DNA of 64,000 nt from an uncultured Draconibacterium sp. (GTDB lineage: Bacteria; Bacteroidota; Bacteroidia; Bacteroidales; UBA12170), in the NCBI GenBank assembly GCA_964293475.1, contig CAXYYJ010000014.1, forward strand, positions 14,973 through 78,972. The letters run 5' to 3'. The first letter of the stretch is position 1; the number at the start of each line of letters is the position of its first letter. Below, one piece after another: positions 1 through 8,649 of the stretch. The notes below the pieces were generated by a model that ran no database searches, had not been told where the DNA came from, and worked only from the letters and a program-made list of their open reading frames with translations. Made by a program: the position numbers and the translations under genes.

Positions 1-2
1 GA

Positions 3-1241
3 ACAGAATTTATTACCCCCATGCTTATCTGGGAAACCACCAACGACCCATTCCCTGTTGATTCTGCTGAGTTTGTTGCAAATTCAGACCTTACCACTGG
101 TGATGAAGTTTGGGTAAAAAGTAATAATTATGATTATCCATTTGTCGCTACACTTACAGCTCCTGTAGCCAATGGTGAAACTGTACTTATCCCCGATGTT
201 GTTACAACTAAAAGCTTCATCGCAGTAGAAGGTAGTGCTACAGCAACAGCATTTGAAGGTGGTGTTTATATGACCACAGGAATGCTCGATTACACTGCAT
301 CGCCTGCATGGTGGCAAATTGGTGCAGTAGAAGGAATTCCTACCTGTATGGCTTATTCCAAAGATGCAAACTATTTATGGATTGGTACACTTGAAGGAAA
401 ACTCTACCGTCTTTCCAATATCGCCCGCGCCAATACTCAGGAAAAAGCAAGCATAACAAGCCCAGCTTGTATCATTGCCAATACTGAAATGGTTCTTACA
501 ACTACTCAAGCCATCACATCCATTGCAGTGGATCAGAAAAACAGCAATAATGTTATTTATACTCTGGGAAATTATGGTAACAACGCCTATGTATTCGCTT
601 CAATCAATGGAATGAACGACAATCCAACATTTGCATCTATCCAGGGTAATTTACCTAAAATGCCTGTTTATGCATCTTCATTCGAAGTTAATAACGATGG
701 CATGGTCTTCATAGGAACCGAAAACGGTCTTTTCTTTACCAATAATTTCGAAACCCAATCTGTATCATGGACCTACGAAAATTCCAGCTTTGGAAATGTT
801 CCGGTATTTGCCATTAAACAACAAAATATCAACTGGCCCTATACTGCTATGCCAATCGGAGATAGTTATCTGATTTATCCAGCTTCAAATAATTATGGTG
901 CTATTTATATCGGTACTTTTGGTGCAGGTGCATATGTAACCCGCGATTTTGTTGGTTTCGATGAGTTTAATGAAAAACCAGTAAGTGCCAATGGCCTGAA
1001 TATTTATCCAAACCCCGCAAATCAATCAGCTCAGGTTTCCTTTAAGGCATCTGCAGCTAATAATGGCATGGTTAATATTTATGACCTAAGTGGTAAATTG
1101 GTTTATCAGCAATCTGTGCAGGTACAGGCAGGTGCTAACACCGTTGACCTACAGATTTCTGATTTAGACAATGGATCCTATATTGTTAGAGTACAGGATG
1201 GTCAAAAGAATTATCAGTCAAAACTTGTGATTTCTAAATAG
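3..1241 (+). CDS. T9SS type-A CTD protein with beta-propeller-like (BNR/Asp-box-like) repeats; 5'-truncated by window edge
   Basis: Frame is open from position 3 to the first ATG at 21. Repeats such as YLWIGT..GKLYR, MVFIGTENGLF and IYIGTFGAGAY. C-terminal IYPNPA...IYDLSGKLV...GSYIVRV...KLVISK CTD. Confidence 0.75.
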   Translation, partial: TEFITPMLIWETTNDPFPVDSAEFVANSDLTTGDEVWVKSNNYDYPFVATLTAPVANGETVLIPDVVTTKSFIAVEGSATATAFEGGVYMTTGMLDYTASPAWWQIGAVEGIPTCMAYSKDANYLWIGTLEGKLYRLSNIARANTQEKASITSPACIIANTEMVLTTTQAITSIAVDQKNSNNVIYTLGNYGNNAYVFASINGMNDNPTFASIQGNLPKMPVYASSFEVNNDGMVFIGTENGLFFTNNFETQSVSWTYENSSFGNVPVFAIKQQNINWPYTAMPIGDSYLIYPASNNYGAIYIGTFGAGAYVTRDFVGFDEFNEKPVSANGLNIYPNPANQSAQVSFKASAANNGMVNIYDLSGKLVYQQSVQVQAGANTVDLQISDLDNGSYIVRVQDGQKNYQSKLVISK

Positions 1242-1263
1242 TTTTTAATATTAAAATGATATA

Positions 1264-2748
1264 ATGATGAAGAAATTTTACGGAATATTATTCATAATGA
1301 TGATGGTACAATTTTCATTTGCACAGAAAGTTGGTGTACCACAGCTTAAATCACCTGTTGATGGATTTGCCACTGCCATGCCCGATGCAATTTTAGACTG
1401 GGATGCGGTTTCAGGTGTAGGTGAAATAAAGTATCAGATACAATTGGCCACAGATGAAAACTTTTCATCCATTGTACTTGATTTAAGCAATATTCAAATA
1501 ACAGCATACTACTGCGAGAACCTTCTTTTTGGTCAGGAATATTTCTGGAGAGTTAAATCTGTGGATCAAAGCAGCACTTCTGCATGGAGCACCACATTTT
1601 CTTTTACCACTTTCTCGGCTGTTGTTTTAGATAAACCCAGCAATAATGCCGACGAGCAGGATTTGAGACCCACCTTTAAGTGGAAAAATAAAGTGAACAA
1701 TGTTTCAATTACAGGCGTGCATCATTACGAATTGGAGATTGATACCGTTGATACTTTTAACAGTCCCTATTTGCATCAGGATATGGTGAGCGGGGAATTG
1801 TTCGAACATGTATCCAACTATCTGCTTTTTGGCACAAAACATTACTGGAGAATGCGTCCGGCCAATGCCAACGGTGCAGGTGAATGGAGTGAGACCAGAG
1901 CTTTGGAAACTCTTTTTGGAGTAGAAGTTAAGTCTCCATCCAATAATGCTTCTAATCAGGCATTGGATGTGGCCATTGAATGGAAAACCCTTGAGGCCAA
2001 TAATACAGATATCTTTGATTATACCGTAGAAGTTTCCACAGATGCCGATTTTACAAATCCCGTAACTTTTATCACCACAGAATTAAAATATTTACCTACT
2101 TACCTTAAATTCAATCAGGAATACTGGTGGAGAGTGAAAGCTACCCATGCAGTAGATGGTTCTGATTGGTCGGAAGCCAGAAAGTTTACTACCATTCCTA
2201 AGGTTACTCTGGTTGGTCCAGCAAACGAAGCAGTATTGGAAACTGTTCGCCCAACTCTCGAATGGACTGCCATTGGTGGTGTTGATGGATATCAGGTTCG
2301 TATAGCTAAGAATGCCGGCATGGCTGGTGCAATCTATTATACCACAGCTGGAAATAACTATCCACTTCCTACTCTGAATAAAGATGAAGATTATTATTGG
2401 TCGGTGAGAGCTTATAAAACTGCCGATACCTGCGAATGGGCCAATAATTTTAGTTTCCATATCCCCTGGAATGTTGGGGTTAATGAAATAGCCAGTATTT
2501 CTGAATCGTCTGTGTATCCTAATCCTGCAACAACTCAGGTTGCTGTTTCATTTACAGCCAAAAAAAGCGGAGCCCTCGAAATAACAATTACCGATGTTCT
2601 GGGACAAAATGTAATCAATGAAACTATGGATATTTCAGCTGGTAAATTCAGTAAATCATTTGATGTAACTCAACTGAATAAAGGAATTTATTTTGTAGAA
2701 ATACAACAAAATCAGGATAAAAAGGTACTAAAATTTGTTGTAAAATAG
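1264..2748 (+). CDS. Secreted protein with about 4 fibronectin type III-like repeats and T9SS CTD
   Basis: Signal peptide MMKKFYGILF...FSFA. Repeated Y(F/Y/W)WR(V/M) and WS..(FSF/RKF) motifs. VYPNPA...KGIYFV...KFVVK CTD. Confidence 0.75.
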   Translation: MMKKFYGILFIMMMVQFSFAQKVGVPQLKSPVDGFATAMPDAILDWDAVSGVGEIKYQIQLATDENFSSIVLDLSNIQITAYYCENLLFGQEYFWRVKSVDQSSTSAWSTTFSFTTFSAVVLDKPSNNADEQDLRPTFKWKNKVNNVSITGVHHYELEIDTVDTFNSPYLHQDMVSGELFEHVSNYLLFGTKHYWRMRPANANGAGEWSETRALETLFGVEVKSPSNNASNQALDVAIEWKTLEANNTDIFDYTVEVSTDADFTNPVTFITTELKYLPTYLKFNQEYWWRVKATHAVDGSDWSEARKFTTIPKVTLVGPANEAVLETVRPTLEWTAIGGVDGYQVRIAKNAGMAGAIYYTTAGNNYPLPTLNKDEDYYWSVRAYKTADTCEWANNFSFHIPWNVGVNEIASISESSVYPNPATTQVAVSFTAKKSGALEITITDVLGQNVINETMDISAGKFSKSFDVTQLNKGIYFVEIQQNQDKKVLKFVVK

Positions 2749-2765
2749 ATTTTTCCACTTTATCT

Positions 2766-2802
2766 AAAAAAGAGCTGTTCAGCAATGGGCAGCTCTTTTT
2801 TT
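2766..2802 (+). terminator. Rho-independent terminator
   Basis: AAAAAAGAGCTG(TTC)-AGCAAT-(GGG)CAGCTCTTTTTTT hairpin with T-tract, 18 nt after the stop codon. Confidence 0.8.
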
Positions 2803-2924
2803 ATTTTGTCAGTACTATAACGCCACATGATTCGTTTATCAACATCATGATGTTATCATTTAAACCAAGTGGTTAATGTCATTTCTTTTAGAGTTGATAA
2901 ATTCGCAATATCAAATATTAGGTC

Positions 2925-5900
2925 ATGCAAAAACGATGGTTATTTAGCTTTTTATCCTTTGCCTTATTAAGTCTTATCTCTATTTCGGCCAGAGCTCAAA
3001 GCCCTTTAACCGGACAGGATTTCAACACCAATCTTTTGTTGGCTCAACAGCTCATGGAGGAGAATCGTTTTATGGCAGCAAGGGTATTGATAAATCAATT
3101 GCCACAGGAACAGCTCACAGAAACTCAACGAGCCGAGATGGAATTTTTAAAAGCCTCGGTCGCCCTAAAAATGGATGAGAAAGAAGCCCCCGAACAAGTG
3201 GATCAATTTGAGTTCATGTATCCCACATTCAGCAGGATAGAGGAGCTTCGAAATGCGAAAGGCGATTATTTTTTCAATCATGGCAAATATAAAAATGCAG
3301 CCGAAGCCTATGCTGGGGTTAAAGCAAGCCTTTTGAATACCGATGACCGAAATGCCTATTTTTTCAAATATGGCTACAGCCAGTTTATGCTCAATAATCC
3401 AAAGGAGGCCAAAAATCTTTTTTACAAAGTGAAAGACTCCAAGTCAACCTATGCTCCTTCAGCAACTTACTATTACGCTCATATCAATTACGATGAGAAA
3501 AATTTTCCTTCGGCCCTGAAAGGATTTCTCTCATTAAAGGACGATCCAACGTTTAAAGCCATTGCACCCTACTATATTTGTCAAATATATTATCAGGAGA
3601 AAGACTATGAAAAGCTACTGGAAATAGGTCCGCAGCTTTTTAAAGATGCACAGGGTCCACGTAAAAATGAAATTGCCAAAATACTAGGCGATGCTCATTT
3701 TAAACTGGAACAATATCCGCAATCCATTGAATACCTTGAGTTTTACAGAGCAAATAGTCAGGGGGGATATCAAAAATCCGATTATTACCAGTTGGCATTT
3801 GCCCATATGAAAGCAGGCAATAATACCGAAGCCATTAAGTATTTCGAGAAAGTGGGAAACAAACAGGACTCATTGTCGCAATACACCTTATACAATCTGG
3901 GTACCTGCTATCTGAAAACCCAACAAAAAGAATTTGCCGGAAAAGCGTTTTATGCTGCCTACCAATTAGATGTCAATCAGGAGATTAGAGAAGATGCGCT
4001 GTTTAATTTTGCCAAGATTTCATACGAGCTTAGCAACGACCCATACAACCGAGCCATTACTGCCATAAACTCCTATCTGGAAGCCTATCCAAAATCCACC
4101 CGCAAAAAAGAAGCCTATTCCTACTTAGTCAATCTGTTTTTATCTTCAAAAAACTATAAAGGAGCTTTGGTGGCCATTGAGAATATTGAAGATAGAACCC
4201 CAGAACTGAATAAGGCTTACCAGCTTATTGCATTTAACAGAGCCATAGAGCTTTACAATGAAAGCAGATTTAATGAAGCTCAGGAATTACTGGAAAAACC
4301 GCAGAAATTCCCCCATGATTATATGCTAAAACTCCAGGCTAAATATTGGTCGGCAGATTGTTCCTATCAGCTCAAAGAATACGACAAAAGCATTCTGATG
4401 TGGAAAGAATTATACAGCGATCATAAAGTGAAGCAGCTTAACGAGTTCTTACAAATTCCCTATAATATAGCCTTTGCATATTATGTTCTTAATGCTTATC
4501 CATCTGCCATTGAATGGTTTGATAAGGTGATTAAGGGGCCAGGAGTTCCCAAATTACTTTCGGATTCTTATCTGCGCACCGGCGACTGTTATTACCTGAT
4601 GAAAGACTTTTCGAAAGCTGCCGATTTTTATTCACTGGCTCTTCAACTCAACGATGCCAATGCCGACTATGCCATGTATCAAAAAGCCCTTGCTCATGGT
4701 GGACAAGGAAATCTGGAGCAAAAAGCGGAGAATTTGGAAGCCTTTCACGCAAGATTTCCCAAATCAGATTTGGCCGACGATGGGCTCTATGAGCTGGGAA
4801 CAACCTATCTGATTTTTGAGAAAAATATGCCGGCTATTTCCACTTTCGAGAAATTAGTGAACGATTATCCCCATAGCCCTTTTGTTCGGCAAGCTCTCCT
4901 AAAAATTGGCTTAACCTATTATAATACAGAGCAAAATCAGGAAGCACTAAAGGTTCTGAAAAAAGTAGTTGAGAATTATGCAGGAACCAAAGAATCGAAA
5001 GAAGCATTGATAAGCATTAGAAATATTTATGTGGAATCCAATGCAGCAGACGAGTTCTTTGTTTATGTAAAAAACATCCCCTTCGCCAACATGACCAATA
5101 ATGCTCAGGATTCCATCAGTTATATGGCTACCGAAAACGTCTACATGAATGGTGATTGTGAATCTGCAATTCCAGGCTTTAGCAATTATTTGAATCTGTA
5201 TCCAGCAGGAGCATTCAATATTCAGGCACATTTTTATCGGGGCGAATGTTATATTAAATCCAATGAGCCAGATTTAGCACTTAAAGATTATGAGTTTGTT
5301 CTGGAGAATTCAGGTTCAGCATTTCGGGAAACTGCCTTACTAAAATCGGCTCGCATTCTGCGCTACAACAAATCGTTCGACAAGGCAGCAATTCGCTTTA
5401 ATGAGGTGGTGGAGCAGGCTTCGAGCGATGCTATACTTGGCGAAGGCCTTGAAGGCTTGCTGGAATCTAATTATCAGTTGAAAAACTATGATAAGGTGAT
5501 TCAGAATGCCAGGAGAATCCTGACATCAGGCGCCAGTAACGAGAGTTCCATTGATAAGGCCCATTTATATATGGCCAGAGCAGCCCTTCAAACAAACGAT
5601 TTGGTGCTGGCAAAAAGAGAATATTCAATTGTAGTGAATCTTATCTCGGGGGAACCATCTGCCGAAGCTAAATATCAGATTGCCAATATCGAATTCCATG
5701 AAGGAAATTATAAAGAGTCGGAAAAAATCATTTTTGAACTCATTAACGAGTATGGTTCCTACGACCTTTGGGTGACCCGCGGATTTATTCTTTTGGCCGA
5801 TATTTATGTGAAATATGACAATAGTTTTCAGGCCCGTCAAACACTTCAAAGCATTATTGACAATCAGGAAGATCCTGAGTTGGTAAATATGGCCATTCAA

Positions 5901-5996
5901 AAGAAGAAAATATTGGACGAAATGGATGGAGCCGAATCGAGACAAAAGAATCAGGTTGAAAACGACACTGTTTTTCTGGAACATGAGAAACGCTAA
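2925..5996 (+). CDS. Large periplasmic tetratricopeptide-repeat protein (CpoB/BamD-like repeats)
   Basis: Signal peptide; about 1000 aa of 34-aa helical TPR units, e.g. YPHSPFVRQALLKIGLTYYN, FPKSDLADDGLYELG. Confidence 0.85.
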   Translation: MQKRWLFSFLSFALLSLISISARAQSPLTGQDFNTNLLLAQQLMEENRFMAARVLINQLPQEQLTETQRAEMEFLKASVALKMDEKEAPEQVDQFEFMYPTFSRIEELRNAKGDYFFNHGKYKNAAEAYAGVKASLLNTDDRNAYFFKYGYSQFMLNNPKEAKNLFYKVKDSKSTYAPSATYYYAHINYDEKNFPSALKGFLSLKDDPTFKAIAPYYICQIYYQEKDYEKLLEIGPQLFKDAQGPRKNEIAKILGDAHFKLEQYPQSIEYLEFYRANSQGGYQKSDYYQLAFAHMKAGNNTEAIKYFEKVGNKQDSLSQYTLYNLGTCYLKTQQKEFAGKAFYAAYQLDVNQEIREDALFNFAKISYELSNDPYNRAITAINSYLEAYPKSTRKKEAYSYLVNLFLSSKNYKGALVAIENIEDRTPELNKAYQLIAFNRAIELYNESRFNEAQELLEKPQKFPHDYMLKLQAKYWSADCSYQLKEYDKSILMWKELYSDHKVKQLNEFLQIPYNIAFAYYVLNAYPSAIEWFDKVIKGPGVPKLLSDSYLRTGDCYYLMKDFSKAADFYSLALQLNDANADYAMYQKALAHGGQGNLEQKAENLEAFHARFPKSDLADDGLYELGTTYLIFEKNMPAISTFEKLVNDYPHSPFVRQALLKIGLTYYNTEQNQEALKVLKKVVENYAGTKESKEALISIRNIYVESNAADEFFVYVKNIPFANMTNNAQDSISYMATENVYMNGDCESAIPGFSNYLNLYPAGAFNIQAHFYRGECYIKSNEPDLALKDYEFVLENSGSAFRETALLKSARILRYNKSFDKAAIRFNEVVEQASSDAILGEGLEGLLESNYQLKNYDKVIQNARRILTSGASNESSIDKAHLYMARAALQTNDLVLAKREYSIVVNLISGEPSAEAKYQIANIEFHEGNYKESEKIIFELINEYGSYDLWVTRGFILLADIYVKYDNSFQARQTLQSIIDNQEDPELVNMAIQKKKILDEMDGAESRQKNQVENDTVFLEHEKR

Positions 5997-6017
5997 TCAT
6001 TTAAAAAAGAATGAAGT

Positions 6018-7730
6018 ATGCAAAGGATGAGATTAATAAATAGGAAACACAATATCTTGTATTTTTTTCTGATTTGTTTGCCCTTCGGGGTTCAGGCTCA
6101 GGTACAGGAGCTCAAAACAAATGAGGAGGTCATGGTTATTGCCCCCTTCAACCCAACCATCAATAAAGCGCAAAAAATTCAGTTTAGCCCGCAGCCCGAT
6201 ACTACCAAAACTCAAAAACTACCCATTGACTATTTTACTCAGCCCAGGTTGTATGAAACCAATTTTTCGGTAGAAAAACTAACTGCCGCCAAATTTATCG
6301 ACCGCAAAAATATCGCCTATGCCCAGAACTATATTACAGGGGGTTATGGTTTGTACAACTCAATTTTTGGAGAAGCTTTTTTAAATACAAAATTGGATAA
6401 GCAAACTCAACTTGGGGTGCATTTGCAGCATTTTTCGAGTCAGGGAGGCCTTAAAGAAATGGCTTATTCGGGCCAATCGTTCAGTGGGGCAAAAATATGG
6501 TCACAACATCAGTTCACGGGTTATCATTTAAACCTTGCTGGCCAGTTTAAAAGAACTGCTGTTCATTATTATGGCTTTCATCCGGAGGATTATCCTGCTG
6601 AATTTGCTCTGACCAACGACAGATTCAAAGATGAAACAAAACAGGTTTACTCGCTGGGAGGTATCAGTGCCCAATGGCGAAAAGACCATAAACCAAAAGA
6701 AGCCGATTGGGGAATAGATTTGAAATACGAGTATTTTCAGGATAAATTTAAAACCGCTGAACATCTGTTCTATTTAAACGGTGAATACAGTTCCCCCGTA
6801 GATTGGCTGGATGTGGATGACCAAAGTATTGGTTTTAAGCTAAATAGCCAGACTTTTCAAACCCAATTTGACTTTTCCGGATTTTTCCCAACCATGGATA
6901 CTACGGTGGGCTATTTTCATGGCCTCTATGAATTGGCGCCCTATTTTCAGCTTCAGCAGGGGGATTTTAAATTGGTGGCTGGAGTAAAATTTGGTATGGC
7001 TCTCGACAGTAACTCAGCCGTGGGATTGGCGCCCATGGTAAAGGCTGATTTTACCATGCTGGACGAGCAATTAGGGTTATATATCCTGGCCGATGGGGGG
7101 TTTAGGAATAACAGCATGAGCAGCCTCACCACAGAAAATAGTTTCATCAGTCCCATAGTGCCATTGAAATATACCAAAACAAAATATCACCTGCAATTGG
7201 GTGCCAAAGGCCACGTAGCCAATTATATCGACTATCATATTTATGGCGAAATGCGCTCCTTCGACCAGTTACCCATGTTTGTCACCGATACCAACAGCCG
7301 GTTCGACAATAGTTTTATGGTGATTTATGACGGAGGTCAGCAATGGGGAGTGGGTGCCGAAGCTTCCTTTAAAACGGAACGATGGAATGTTGATTTATCG
7401 GGTAAATTCCAATCCTTCACCATGGATACAGCCACCCGCGCCTGGCAAAAACCCTCGCTGTTGTATCAGCTCAAAGTGGGTTATTACATTCTGGAGAATC
7501 TGAATGTCACAGGATTATTGCTGGGTCAGTCGAAAATGTATAATCTTTATGATGGAGAAAAAGTGGTGGAACCCTTTATGGATTTTAGCCTCCACGTAAA
7601 CTATCATCTCACCCCCAATTTGGGCTTCTTTATAAAAGCCACCAATATTTTCTCAGATGAATATCAGTTATGGTATAACTATCCGGTGCAAAGTATTGGA
7701 TTTATGGGCGGCGTGCATTTTGCATTCTAA
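6018..7730 (+). CDS. Outer-membrane beta-barrel protein, TonB-dependent-receptor-like but with no obvious plug domain
   Basis: Signal peptide; alternating amphipathic strands; terminal GGVHFAF (C-terminal Phe). Lies 21 nt after the TPR gene. Confidence 0.7.
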   Translation: MQRMRLINRKHNILYFFLICLPFGVQAQVQELKTNEEVMVIAPFNPTINKAQKIQFSPQPDTTKTQKLPIDYFTQPRLYETNFSVEKLTAAKFIDRKNIAYAQNYITGGYGLYNSIFGEAFLNTKLDKQTQLGVHLQHFSSQGGLKEMAYSGQSFSGAKIWSQHQFTGYHLNLAGQFKRTAVHYYGFHPEDYPAEFALTNDRFKDETKQVYSLGGISAQWRKDHKPKEADWGIDLKYEYFQDKFKTAEHLFYLNGEYSSPVDWLDVDDQSIGFKLNSQTFQTQFDFSGFFPTMDTTVGYFHGLYELAPYFQLQQGDFKLVAGVKFGMALDSNSAVGLAPMVKADFTMLDEQLGLYILADGGFRNNSMSSLTTENSFISPIVPLKYTKTKYHLQLGAKGHVANYIDYHIYGEMRSFDQLPMFVTDTNSRFDNSFMVIYDGGQQWGVGAEASFKTERWNVDLSGKFQSFTMDTATRAWQKPSLLYQLKVGYYILENLNVTGLLLGQSKMYNLYDGEKVVEPFMDFSLHVNYHLTPNLGFFIKATNIFSDEYQLWYNYPVQSIGFMGGVHFAF

Positions 7731-7772
7731 AAGCAAGGCATTACAGGCTTCTTTAGCAAAATAAGACTTGAA

Positions 7773-8540
7773 TTATTTTAGCAATCGGGTAATTTCAACA
7801 AACTCACTCACCGATAATTGCTCAGGTCGCTTCGATGCCAAATGTGACAGCTCGGCGGTATGTTCTTTAAACCCCATACTTTTTAAGGAATTTGACAGTG
7901 TTTTCCTGCGTTGGTTGAAGGCCGTTTTAATCACATTTTTAAACAATTGCTCATCCACTTCCAATTGGATAGTGCTATTGCGCTTAAGTCTGATGACCCC
8001 CGATTTTACTTTTGGAGGTGGAATGAAAACATGCTCGGGCACTGTGAACAGATATTCAATATCGTAGAAAGCCTGGAGCAGAACACTCAGAATTCCGTAG
8101 ACTTTAGATCCTGGTTTTGCAGCTACGCGTTCGGCCACTTCCTTTTGAAACATACCCACCACTTCATCCACTCTGTGGCGTTCGTCCCAAACTCTAAAAA
8201 GAATCTGTGAGCTGATATTGTAGGGGAAATTGCCAATAATGCTGAATTTGCCAGGGAAAATATCATCGAATTTAAGCCGCAGAAAATCGCCTTTTATCAA
8301 TTGATTTTTGAGTTGAGGATATTTAAAATTCAGAAAATCCACCGATTCTTCATCAATCTCGATGATTTTAAAATCCGGAAAATTTTTGGTTAAAATAATA
8401 TCGGTTAAAACGCCTGTCCCCGGGCCAATTTCCAATAGATGTTGAGTGTCGGGATGTATAGCTTCCACTATATTTGCAGCAATATTTTGATCGTTCAAAA
8501 AATGCTGCCCCAGTCGCTTTTTGGGTTTTACATAATTCAT
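7773..8540 (-). CDS. rsmA: 16S rRNA (adenine1518/1519-N6)-dimethyltransferase RsmA/KsgA
   Basis: KKRLGQHFL, LEIGPGTG, IIGNFPYNISS, MFQKEVAERV, PPPKVKS and RRKTL motifs. Start set at ATG 8540 (MNYVKP) instead of 8573. Confidence 0.95.
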   Translation of the reverse strand: MNYVKPKKRLGQHFLNDQNIAANIVEAIHPDTQHLLEIGPGTGVLTDIILTKNFPDFKIIEIDEESVDFLNFKYPQLKNQLIKGDFLRLKFDDIFPGKFSIIGNFPYNISSQILFRVWDERHRVDEVVGMFQKEVAERVAAKPGSKVYGILSVLLQAFYDIEYLFTVPEHVFIPPPKVKSGVIRLKRNSTIQLEVDEQLFKNVIKTAFNQRRKTLSNSLKSMGFKEHTAELSHLASKRPEQLSVSEFVEITRLLK

Positions 8541-8544
8541 GGGG

Positions 8545-8552
8545 CGAAAGTA
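8545..8552 (-). promoter_or_regulatory. Bacteroidota sigma-A -7 element (TACTTTCG) of rsmA, 4 nt before ATG
   Basis: One mismatch to consensus TAnnTTTG. Confidence 0.55.
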
Positions 8553-8595
8553 CGAAAAAGCAGAGGGTTCCAATCATCAACAAACAAAATATCAA

Positions 8596-8603
8596 TACCT
8601 TTG
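8596..8603 (+). promoter_or_regulatory. Bacteroidota -7 element (TACCTTTG) of M14 peptidase gene
   Basis: Exact TAnnTTTG match 46 nt upstream of ATG 8650. Confidence 0.6.
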
Positions 8604-8649
8604 TGAGGAAAATACAATAACACAGTTAGTTTTCTTAAAAACCCAAACC

